DNA from: Leucoraja erinacea
Lineage: Eukaryota
Direction: 5' to 3'
Length of the DNA: 64,000 nt
NCBI RefSeq assembly: GCF_028641065.1
Contig: NC_073382.1
Span: 59,210,001 to 59,274,000 of the forward strand
In this document: positions 11,045 through 23,000 of the stretch, piece by piece
How the letters are laid out: each line of letters starts with the position of its first letter
How positions within the stretch are numbered: the stretch's first letter is position 1
Made by a program: the position numbers and the translations under genes
Notes under the pieces: model-generated
Told to the model about the DNA's origin: nothing
The model's database searches: none
Seen by the model: only the letters and a program-made list of their open reading frames with translations

Positions 11045-13480
11045 TCAAGTTCAAATGAGTTTATTGTCATGTGTCCCTGATAGGACAATGAAATTCTTGC
11101 TTTGCTTCAGCACAACAGAACATAGTAAGCATTGACTACAAAACAGATCAGTGTGTCCATATACCATTATATAAATATATACACACGGTATTGGGGGTTC
11201 AGTATTAAAGCACACGGTATTGGGGATTCAGTATTGATGTGGATAGAGTACTGGCTGGCAGAGACAGGAAGCAAAGAGTAAGAGTAAACGGGACCTTTTC
11301 ACAATGGCAGTGACTAGTGGGGTACCGCAAGGCTCAGGGGGACCCCAACTACGATATATATTAATGCAGGGAGGCTCAGTTTGCGGGGACCCCAAGCTGG
11401 GGGGCATTTACGATATAGGAGGCTGCAAGGTGACTTGGATATGATTGCATGGCAGATGGTATGATGTGGAGGAAACAGGGTAGACTATTATCTGAATGGT
11501 GGCAATGAGGGGGAGATGCAACGAGACCTGGTGTCATGGTGCACCAGTCATTAAAAGTAGGCAGGTACACAAAAATGCTGGAGAAACTCAGCGGGTGCAG
11601 CAGCATCTATGGAGCGAAGGAAATAGGCGACGTTTCGGCCCGAAACCCTTCTTCAGACGGATCAAAGTAGCATGCAGGTGCAGCAGGCAGTGAAGAAGGC
11701 GAATGTTGCATTCATAGCAAAAGGATTTGCGTATAGGAGGTTCTACTGCAGTTGTACAGGGTCTTGGTGAGACCACACCTGGAGTATTGCGTACAGTTTT
11801 GGTCTCCTAATCTGAGGAAATACATTCTTGCCATAGAGGGAGTACAGAGAAGGTTCACCAGACTGATTCCTGGGATGTCAGGACTTTCATATGAAGAAAG
11901 ACTGGATAGACTCGGTTTGTACTCGCTATAATTTAGAAGATTGAGGGGGGATCTTATAGAAACTTACAAAATTCTTAAGGGGTTGGACAGGCTAGATGCA
12001 GGAAGATTGTTCCCGATGTTGGGGAAGTCCAGAACAAGGGGTCACAGTTTAAGGATAAGGGGGAAATCTTTTAGGACCGAGATGAGGAAAACATTTTTCA
12101 CACAGAGAGTGGTGAATCTCTGGAATTCTCTGCCACAGAAGGTAGTTGAGGCCAGTTCATTGGCTATATTTATGAGGGAGTTAGATGTGGCCCTTGTAGC
12201 TAAAGGGATCAGGGGGTATGGAGGGAAGGCAGGTACAGTATACTGAGTTGGATGATCAGCCATGATTATATTGAATGGCGGTGCAGGCTCGAAGGGACGA
12301 ATGGCCTACTCCTGCACCTATTTTCTATGTTTCTATGTTTACACACATGAATAAATAAACTGATAGTGCAAATAACAGATAATGGGCTATTAATTTTCAG
12401 AGGTTTGTCCGAGCTAAGTTTAATAGTCTGATGGCTGTGGGGAAGTAGCTATTCCTGAACCTGGTCGTTGCAGTCTTCAGGCTCCTGAAGGTAGCGGGGT
12501 GATGAGTGTGTGGCCAGGATGGTGTGGATCTTTGATGATACTGCCAGAGTTTTTGAGTCAATGACTGCGATAGATTGACTCGATGGAAGGAAGGTCAGAG
12601 CCGATGATGGACTGGGCAGTGTTTACTACTTTTTGTAGTCTTGTCCTCTCCAGGGCGCTCAAGTTGCCGAACCAAGCCACGATGCAACCAGTCAGCATGC
12701 TCTCTACTGTGCACCTGTAGAATTTAGAGAGAGTCCTCCTTGACAAACCAACTCTCCGTAATCATCTCAGGAAGTAGAGGCACTGATGTGCTTTCTTGAC
12801 AATTGCATCAGTGTTCTCGGACCAGGAAAGATCTTCAGAGATGTGCACGCCCAGGAATTTGAAGCTCTTGACCCTTTCAACCATCGACCCGTTGATATAA
12901 ATGGGACTGTGGGTCCCCATCCTACTCCTTCCAAAGTCCACAATCAGTTCCTTGGTTTTGCTTGTGTTGAGGGCCAGGTTATTGTGCTGGCACCATATGG
13001 ACAGTTGCTCGATCTCTCTTCTATACTCTGACTCATCCCCATCAGTGATATGTCCCACAACAATGGTGTCGTCAGCGAACTAGATGACGGAGTTTGCACT
13101 ATGACCGGCTATGCAGTCATGAGTACAGAGTGAGTACAGCAGGGGGCAGAGTTCGCAGCCTTGAGGTGCTACCGTCTGATTGTTATCGAGTCTGACACAT
13201 TTCCACCAATACGAACAGACTGTGGTCTGTGAATGAGGAAGTCGAGGATCCAATTGCAGAGGGATGCGCAGAGACCCAGTTCTGATCAGTCTGAAGAAGG
13301 GTTTCGGCCCAAAACGTTGCCTATTTCCTTCGTCTCCATAGATGCTGCTGCACCCGCTGAGTTTCTCCAGCATTTTTGTGTACCTTCCATCATTGATCTG
13401 TTGTGGCGGTAAGCAAACTGCAGTGGGTCAAGGTTTTTGTCGAGGTATGAGTTGATTTGATCAACCTCTCAAAGCACTTC
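11045..13480 (-). mobile_element. Rex1/Babar-like LINE 3' portion, interrupted by CR1 and Penelope-derived insertions
   Basis: ORF pieces APQGCELCPLLYSLCTHDC, NLALNTSKTKELIVDF, FKFLGVHISEDLSWS, FYRCTVESMLTGCIVAWFGN; tail at 11045-11185. Confidence 0.88.
11186..12339 (+). mobile_element. CR1 LINE 3' fragment nested in the Rex1-like element
   Basis: LVRPHLEYCVQFWSP and RGDLIETYKILKGLDR...RTRGHSL motifs; (TTTCTATG)n tail; Penelope-derived repeat nested at about 11564-11658. Confidence 0.92.
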
Positions 13481-13852
13481 AGGGTGGATGTTAATGTGTT
13501 GGAAGAAATTCAGAGAAGGTTTACTGATACTTGGAATGGATGGGTTATCTTGTGAAGTAAGGGTGTGGACAGGATAGGCTAATATACACTGGGATTTAGT
13601 AGAATGAGTAGGAACATGTAGGACCTTGAGGCTTCTTGATAGGAAGATTAATGGAGAGGACGATTCCTCTTCTGGGAGAATCTAGAACTTGTGGCTTACT
13701 GTATAAAATAAGTCACTCATTTAAGACACATGAGAGGGATTGTTTTTTTCAGAAGGTCGAGTCATTGGAACTCTTTTCCTCAAAAGTGGGGCGAGGGGTG
13801 CAATCTGAGTCTTTAATTGATGCCTGATTAAGCGAGTGATGAAAGGTTATAG

Positions 13853-14328
13853 TAGCGACACAATGACGCAGCAGGTAGAGTTGCTGCCTTGAAGTGGAAG
13901 AGATTTGGGGTTTGATTATGACTAAAGGTGCTGTATGAACTGCATGGATTGTACATTCTCCCTGTGACTATGTGGGGGATTTAGAAACCTCTGGGGGTGC
14001 TCCGGTTTGTTCCCGATTTAGGGAAGTCCAGGACAAGGGGTCCAAAGGACGGGGGAAATAAAACCGAGATGTTTGTTTTCACACAGAGAGTGGTAATCTC
14101 TGACCTGCCAAAAGTCGAGGCCATTCATAAAAGAGGGAGTTATCCCTGGGCTAAGTATCAGGGGGTATTAGAGAAGGCAGGTACGGGATACTGGGTTGAT
14201 GATCAGTATGATTAGGAAATGCAGGCTCGAAGGGCCGAATGACTCCTGCAACGTTTCTATGTAGTTAATTGACCTGAAAAAAATTTAAATTATCCCTGGT
14301 AAGTAGGATTGTGTACTGGGTGATCGTA
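13853..14328 (+). mobile_element. HE1-like SINE interrupted by an indel-rich CR1 3' end (about 14005-14262)
   Basis: SINE head and core at 13853-14005, resuming at 14262; CR1 tail motifs lie between. Confidence 0.65.
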
Positions 14329-14810
14329 GATTAGGAAATGGGGAGATGCAACGAGACCTGGGTGTGCTTGTACATCAGTCACTGAAAGTAAGCATGTAGG
14401 CACAGCAGGCAGTGAAGAAAGCTAATGGCACGTAGGCCTTCATTGCAAGAGGATTTGAGGTTAGGAGCAAGGAGGTCCAACTGCAGTTGTACAGGACCCT
14501 GGTGAGACCGCACCTGGAGTATTGTGTGCAATTTTGGTCTCCTAATTTGAGGAAGGACATTTTTGCTATTGAGGACGTGCAGCGTAGGTTTACCAGGTTA
14601 ATTCCCGGGGTGGCAGGACAGACATATGATGAAAGAATGTGTCGATTGGGCTTGTATTCACTGGAATTTAGAAGGATGAGAGGGAATCATATAAAATTCT
14701 TAATTGGACAGGCTAGATTTAGCTCTTAGGGCAAAGGAATCAAAGGATATGGGGGGGAAAAGCAGGTGGCTCGAAGGGCCAAATGGCCTACTCCTGCACC
14801 TATTTTTATA
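14329..14810 (+). mobile_element. CR1 LINE fragment
   Basis: YRTLVRPHLEYCVQFWSPNLRKDIFAIEDVQRRFTRLIPG. Confidence 0.9.
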
Positions 14811-17016
14811 TGTTGGTTGGCACAGACACGGTTTTCCAAAGAACCTATTTCTACACTGTATCTCTAGTCTAAAGTTAACAGAGCAATGCAGGAATGTAAT
14901 GTTAGGGTTAATTCAGATCAGCCATGATCTTATTAGATGGCAGAGCGAGCAATGCATTGAGAATTGAAAGACTAAAGAAAAGTGGAAGATAATTTCTTTA
15001 CTCAACACACTTAATTTGTTTAATGTTTAATTTTTAAGTTTTTAGGTATAGCATTTATTATATCTTAATTTATTTTTAGTTAAACTTTTCATTTGAAAAA
15101 TATTTTAAAGATAATCTTTCAATGTTTTGAAAAACAATAAAAAATACTGGCAAAACCAATGTGGAACTTTACAAGCTGTCAAAATTATCAAAGGATATTT
15201 TGGGTCAGGGTTTCAGGCCACGCCTCTGAAGTCTAGAATGTTTCAGACTGAAGATATTCACTCTTTATTCTCCGCTAGGCTTCTTCAGGTGAAGGAAGAT
15301 TTGGTGGCCACAATCAGGCAGGGCACGTGCGGGTAATGTAAATGGTCTCAGGGCTGAATTATGAAGCTTTCTGGGATATCTTAAAACCAACTATAAATAA
15401 ATATCACCATTCTTTCTGTGTTTCTTTTGTATGCTTTCTTTGTTTTTCCTCTATCTTAAGATGTGCTGTTATTTGGACAGTTCCAGGTGGTTGGTACTCA
15501 TGCAAAGCAATCCTACAAACTTGTTTTACAACGTGTGACTCGGTTATGCTTTGATTATGTTTTGTTTTGACATGCTAATTATTGAACGAAAATATACGTT
15601 TATTGGATTAGATGATTCGAGTAGAACCTTTTAAGAAGCCGACTTGCATGAAAAAGTATATGCAACCTCTCAATTTTCTTTTGGTGTTTGGAACAATTTT
15701 TCAGTGGCTTGCTCTGTGATTTTTACTTGAATAATTGTAGCTTTTGCCAGTCTACGGGTGTAAATGCAACTCATAAATGATGCCTTGTATGGAAGGTTGG
15801 AAAGCACATCCTGATGTTCCATACGAGACAATGATTTCTTAATTGCACATTGAGTTGAATAGATATACAGAATCAGGAAAATAAAATATTTTCAATTGCA
15901 GCATTGTTAATATCCCAACACATCCACCCACTGTGCTGAAGTGATGAATGATGCAAGGGCAATCTTAATGAGGTTTACAGAGCACAAGAATTGATTAAAC
16001 AGTATAGTCTTACTGATTACCATGAGGCAGTATGGGAGCAGGGAGCAACAAATTGTGGAATCAGACATTTTTTGCAGGAAGGATAATGTTTAATGCAGGA
16101 TTATTAAAATACTGTGAGTAAAGCCCTTTCTTTCTCCTGATCACAAGGTTTCACCATAACATTACAGAAATACTTCACTATTGTTGCTGTACATTCAAAA
16201 AAAGAGAGCAGTCTCAATAATGGCAGTAACAAAAATAGGAACTGTTGCATCTACCAACAGATAGGTTAAGAGAGAGTACAACACTATAATTTGCATTTTA
16301 AGAAATAGGAGCAGTATTTTTAAAACTGAATTATAATTTTGAAGTTTCAGCTCAAAATTGCTTCCTGTTGAATCCATTCACCAAACCCTTGGAGTATTGT
16401 CGCACAAGTTCTGCAGATGTTTTGCTCCCTACTGAGGCTCTTAAATAATTCTTTGCTTCTCCTGTGTATTTTATAGGTACTATTGAGAACTAAAAAAAAA
16501 GATTTATCGTTAATCAGAGTCCTTCAAGATTTGAGCAGATTATGTCACAAGAATATGTTCTTTGCTGTAATGTATTCCTGGCATGGAGATATGGATGGAG
16601 ATAGGGGGGGGGGGGGGGGGGGGGGTGAAGTTATAACCAAAACAATAGCGTTTTCACCTTGGATGTGGATATATTGAAGCAGATTTTGAGGATTTTTGTT
16701 TTCAGTAGAGATTTTAATTTTTACAAAATTAATTTCTATGCTTATGGAATGCTGTTTTACTGAAGCATCTAATGATGCTTGTGTAATGAATGTTGGATTT
16801 ATCTTTTGGATTTAGTGAACATTGTTTCCATATAAATTAACAGTCGCAGCTTTGATGGCACGTTTGAAGTCGTGCAGTTCTGCTAATGTTGCTTTTGTTA
16901 CTAACTTTTTGATGTGATTAATTGTATTTGGCCTTGCATTCTATTGTCACATATGTAAAGTTTAGACATTATTCTCAAAAATCACCAATGTGAAATTAAA
17001 TCTCAGAGAACCTACT

Positions 17017-17073
17017 ATGAGCCGTGGCGGATGGAGGAAACGTGCCGGCAAAGAAGATGGCTGGAGGGATTGG
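17017..17073 (+). CDS. REV1: REV1 first coding exon (exon 2 by human numbering; exon starts about 17007)
   Basis: Acceptor tctcag|agaacctactATG; encodes MSRGGWRKRAGKEDGWRDW; donor tgg|gtatgt, phase 0. Confidence 0.93.
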
Positions 17074-20000
17074 GTATGTTCAACATGATTTGCCTCTGAT
17101 AATCTGCTCAATTTGTACATTTTGTTTTCTATTTGTGTATTGGCATTGAGAATGTATTTATTATATGTATGTGTATTATATGTATGTATGTGTATATGTG
17201 TGTGTGTATATATCTGGATGAAAATGTAGATGGGTTGGTTGATAACTTTACAGATGATAAAAAGATTGATCGAGTTGGAGAGAGTGAAGAAGGCTGTCAA
17301 GGGATACAGTAAGATATGGATCAGGTACAGATATAAGCAGAGGAGTGGCAAATTAATTTTGACGCAGGCAAGTGTGAGATGTTGCACATTGAGAGGACAT
17401 GCGCCTATTGTCTATTGTCAAACGTATGGGGAAATTATACTGTTAATGGCAGGATCCCTAACCACACTGATATATAGAGGAATCTTCAGGTCCAAGTTCA
17501 TAGCTCCCTGAAAGTAGCAACACAAGTAGATGGAATGGTAAAGAACCCATATTGTTCGCTTGCCTTCATCGATCAGAGCATTGAGCGTAGGAGTCAAGAA
17601 GTCATGTTACAGCTTTGTAAAACGTCTGGTTAAGCCACGTTTGGAATATTGTATGCAGTTCCGGTTATCACATTTCAGTAAGGATGTGAAAGCTTTGGAG
17701 AGGGTACAGAAAACGTTTACCAGGTTGCTGCCTGGATTAGAGGGTATCAGCTATAAGAAAACATTTGCATTGTTTTCCCTGGAGCATCGGAAGCTGAGGG
17801 GAGACCTGAAAGTTTATAAAGTTATGAGAGGCTTAGCCAGGATAGATAACCAGAATCGTCTTTCCCAGAGTGGAAAGGCACCGCTTTAAGGCATAGCGTT
17901 GAAGTTAGAAGTGAAAAGTTTAAAGGAGATGTGTAAGGCAAGTTTTTTTACACAGTGGTTGGTGGCTGGAACAGGATATCAGTGGTGATGGTGGAACAGA
18001 TACAAAAGTGGTGTTTAAGAAGCTTTCGGATAGGCACATGTATTGGCAGGGAATGGAGAGATATGGATCACATGCAGGCAGATGGGATTAGTTTAATTTG
18101 GCACCGTGTTTGGCACAGACATTGTAGATCAAAGTGCATTCTATGACCTTGAACTCCATCGGCATTCTCTCTTGCTACTGCAAATTAACCTTTTGTGTAG
18201 ATAGATAAATGGCAAATAAATCAATGATTAGTTAACGGGCCCAAGCAAGAATAAATTGCAAAGGAACAGCTCCGGAGACCCGGGTTCGATCCCGATTACG
18301 GGTGCTGTCTGTACGGAGTTTGTACATTCGCCCCGTGACCTGCGTAGGTTTTCTTCGAGATCTTCGGTTTCCTCCCACACTCCAAAGACGTACAGGTTTG
18401 TAGGTTAATAGGCTTGGTAAATGTAAAAATTGTCACTTGTGGGTGTGCGATAGTGTTAATGTGCGGGGATGGATGGTCTGTTTCCGCGCTGCATCTCTAA
18501 ACTAAACTAAACAGGAAAATGAGTGGGGAGATGGAGTTTATACCTGCATAACCCCCATGCGCCAAATGGCCTTTGTGTCAAAATAAGTGAACATACTGAA
18601 GAAACACATAACCTTTGGGATTTAATAATTCACCAGAGAAGGTTTTGCTCTGCATGGATATCAGCTCCTCTTCCTGTTTACACACAGCAATTAATCTGGA
18701 ATTAGTTTGGTTCCTTTGCATTGATTTTTCTTTCACCTCGGATGATAATTGACTTTAAACTGCACTTTTATTTTCGTCCTCTGTTTTTGCAATAAATTTC
18801 AACAAGGGTCAAGACTTTCTAATATTATGCGAGCAGAAAACTAAGCAAAGTGTGGAAGTATTAGATTAGTCATACAGTGTGGAATCTGGCCCATCGGCCC
18901 ACCGGGTCCGCACCAACCAACTCATACACAAGTTTTTTCCTACACACTAGGGACAATTTACAGAGGTCAATTAACCTACAAACCCGCATGTCTTTGGTAG
19001 TACAGGTGCACAACCTTTTATCCGAAAGCCTTGGGACCAGACACTTTTCGTAATTCAGAATTTGTCGGTCTTCGGAATGGAAATTTTTTTGCGTAGATTT
19101 TAATGGCTGGCTCAGTGGTAGAGTGTTCGGCTCATATCCGCAAGGTCGCGAGTTTGCGCCTTGATCCCGGCAGTTACTCGGTCGCGAGCTTGAGTCTTCA
19201 ATGTGGTTTTTTTTTGCAGAATAAATGTTTGTATGAAATGCAGTGTAGGAGAGGTGTACTGACTGTGTGGGCAGAACTTTGGAAGTGATTGCCCACCAGT
19301 GTCAAAAGCCGCTGTGTCTCCCTGTCCCTGGGATAGCAGGGGGCGATCAAACAGCACAATACTCCCCTCCCCCTCCAACTCCAGAGGAATTCGCTCCCCG
19401 ATGGGCCGCTACGGCGACAAGTGGCAGTTTGCCCACAGCCCGAGCTGCGCCACCCCAAGAACACCTTGCACACCATCAGCTTCTGCCCCTACGTGTTCCT
19501 CTGGAGTTGGAGCGGGGCTGGGCTGCAGTTGCTGCTGGCTGTGGGTCTCTGGGATCTCCGTGCTTGCAGTGGGCCAGGGGGGTCGCTGTCCCGTTGGTCC
19601 TGACGTCTCCGGCCACCCCCCTGGACTGGAGCTGAGACTGGGAACTGTACCGCCCTTGCCCCCTCCCTCTGCAACTGCAAACACCCCCACTCTCCTGCAA
19701 GAGCGGTACAGTTCCCGGAGGATTAGCAGGTGGCCGGAGACGTCAGGACCAACAGGAACCCGCTCCCCGATGGGCCCCTACGACGCCCCGAGATTATCCG
19801 CAACCCAGGTTCCTCTGTAGTTGGAGCGGGGCTGGGCTGGGCTGCTGTTGGCTGTGGGTCTCTGGGATCTCCGTGCTTGCGGTGGGCCGGGTGGTCGACG
19901 TCCAATTGATCCTGACGTCTCCGGTGACTGCACTGACCTGCAGCCATCGCCGACTTGAAGACAGTGCAAAGCCCCCGCGCCGGTGCAATAAGCGGGGAGC

Positions 20001-23000
20001 TGGAGAGGGGAGGGAAGGGGTCACACACATGGCCGGGGAGCAGAGGGGTGTAGGTGGGGTGAAACTGAAGGGAGCGACAATCTGCTGCTGCCTACACTGT
20101 GTATCGTGTCTACCGTGGGAACTTTTAACTCAGCGGGCAGACAGCAGCATATTGTCAATTATTAACCCTCCCGCGCAATATACCCTCACCTCTTTTATGG
20201 ATGGGGATTTAGTTCCCCTTTCTTCGAGGACCGACCGGAGGTTCCGCTGTCACCTCTGCGGGCCGCCCTCGGTGAACGTCCTGTCTCCCTGTCCCTGGAA
20301 TAGTAGGGGGCGATCAAACAGCACAATACCCCCCTCCAACTCCAGAGGAATCCGCTCCCCGATGGGCCGCTATGGCGACAAGTGGCAGTTCGCCCACAGC
20401 CCGAGCTGCGCGACCCAAGAACAAGACGTTATTCTTGCACACCATCAGCTTCTGCCCATACGGGGAGCGTGTTCTTCTGGAGTTGGAACGGGGCTGGGCT
20501 GGAGTTGCTGATCTGGGATCTCCGTGCTTGCAGTGGGCCTGGGGGTCGGTGTTCCGTTGGTCCTGACGTCTCCGGTGACTGGCACTGTGCTGCTAGCATC
20601 GCGACGTGAAGACAGTACAAAGCCCCCACGCCGGTGCAATGAGCGGGGAGCTGGAGAGGGGAGGGAAGGGGTCACACACATGGCCGGGAAGCAGAGGGGT
20701 GTAGGTGGGGTGAAACTGAAGGGAGCGACAATCTACTGCTGCCTGCACGCTGAGTTAAAAAGTTACCAAGCAAGACTCACGATACACTGTGTATCGTGAG
20801 TCTACCGTGGGAACTTTTTAACGCAGCTGGCAGGTAGCAGCATATTGTCAATTATTAACCCTCCCGCGCAAAATCCCCATTCTTCTCTTTTATTAATGGG
20901 GATTTAGTTCCCCTTTCTTCGAGGACCGACCGGAGGTTCCGCTGTCACCTCTGCGGGTCGCCCTCGGTGAACGTTTTCAAGGACCTTTCTTCAAGGACCG
21001 AAAAAATGTCGCTATTCGGAGGTTTTCGTTATTTGGATCGTCGGATAAAAGGTTGTGCACCTGTATTATCACCAAAATATGTGTATAAATTTAGTATTAA
21101 GCAGTTTTACAAATAACCACTAGAAATTTAGCAGAAATAGGAGAATGAAGGAATGGGCGGCAGAAATGCTGCCTTACAGCATCACAGACCCGGGTTTGAT
21201 CCTGACTATGGGTGCAGTCTCTATGAAATTAGTACGTTTTCCTCGTGACCGCGTGGGTTTTCTCCGGGTGCTCCGGTGTTTCCTCTTACATTCCAAAGAC
21301 GTACAGGTTTGTAAGTTAATTAGCTTTGGTAAAAATTGTAAATTGCCCCTAGTGTGTAGGGTAGTGCTAGTGTACGGGGTGATTGTTGGTCAGTGGGCCA
21401 AAGGGCCTGTTTCCGCGCGATATATCAAAACTGAAAGGTCTCTCAGGACGATGCAAGTTAAAATATTTTGTTTATAATTCACAACTAAGTATTGTGTCCG
21501 GATAAATCATTGCAACTGAAGTTTCACAAAATCTCTTGAATTTCTCCTAGGGTGGTTACATGGCAGCAAAGATCGACAAACTGGAAAGGCAGTTCAAATC
21601 AGATTCTTCACTTCAACAAGAAAATGAAGGGACAACATCCTGCATTTTCAAAGGTGTTACAATTTATGTCAATGGTTACACAGGTATGTGTGTTTAAAAA
21701 TTAGTCTGGAGTCACTGTTATCTTTCAGAAAACTGGAACCAACGTGAACATATATTATGTCAGCTGGGTTGAGAGCGAATTGGTAATTTTAGGTAAAATT
21801 AGTTTGAATGCAATTTAACTAAATATTTGTCAAAACTATGTAGAAGAAATTACATTATTAGATAGTCTATGGATGCCGAGATACAGAATACTGTCTAGGC
21901 CCTGTTTATTTTTCTCCGTCTTTAAATGAAATGTTCTGCTTTAGAACCAACAGCTGATGAGCTTCGAAGGCTTATGATGCTGCATGGGGGCCAGTATCAC
22001 GTGTACTACTCAAGGTCTAAAACTACACACATTATTGCAACCAACCTGCCAAATGCAAAAATAAAAGAACTGAAGGATGAAAAAGTTGTTCGGCCTAATT
22101 GGATCACAGACAGGTCAGTAAAAGTGCAATAGTTATTATTACTATGAGTTGGGTGAGAAGAAAATAGCACTGAATGCACTGAATACCGAATGTTTATGAG
22201 TCTTTCTATGATGCTGTTTATGAATTGGCTGCAATATAACCTCAATCTTAAGTATATGAAAGCTCCCAACTGGATAATGGAATTGATTTAAATGAAAGGG
22301 TAAGACTTAATGCAAAATTTGTAACAAAAGCATGTAATTCTAAACCTGTGGTCAAATCTATTTCCACATTTTCAATATTTTATTAGTACAGGTGCACAAC
22401 CTTTTATCCGACGATCCAAATAACGAAAACCTCCGAATAGCGACATTTTTTCGGTCCTTGAAGAAAGGTCCTTGAAAACGTTCACCGAGGGCGACCCGCA
22501 GAGGTGACAGCGGAACCTCCGGTCGGTCCTCGAAGAAAGGGGAACTAAATCCCCATTCATAAAAGAGGTGAGGGTATATTGCGCGGGAGGGTTAATAATT
22601 GACAATATGCTGCTACCTGCCCGCTGAGTTAAAAAGTTCCCACGGTAGACACGATACACAGTGTATCGTGAGTCTTGCGTGGGAACTTTTTAACTCAGCG
22701 TGCAGACAGCAGCAAATTGTCGCTCCCTTCAGTTTCACCCCACCTACACCCCTCTGCTTCCCGGCCATGTGTGTGACCCCTTCCCTCCCCTCTCCAGTTC
22801 CCCGCCCATTGCACCGGCGCGGGGGCTTTGCATGGTCTTCACGTCGGCGATTCTAGCAGCGCAGTGCAGTCACCGGAGACGTCAGGACCAACGGGGCACC
22901 GACCCCCAGGCCCACCGCAAGCACGGAGATCCCAGAGACCCACAGCCAGCAGCAGCCCAGCCCCGTTCCAACTCCAGAGGAAAACTGCAAACTGGCCGGA

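Noticed and set aside
19105-19172. Functional tRNA-Met gene
   Set aside because: Poor acceptor stem, T-loop lacks TTCGA, no oligo-T terminator directly downstream, and the anticodon differs between copies.
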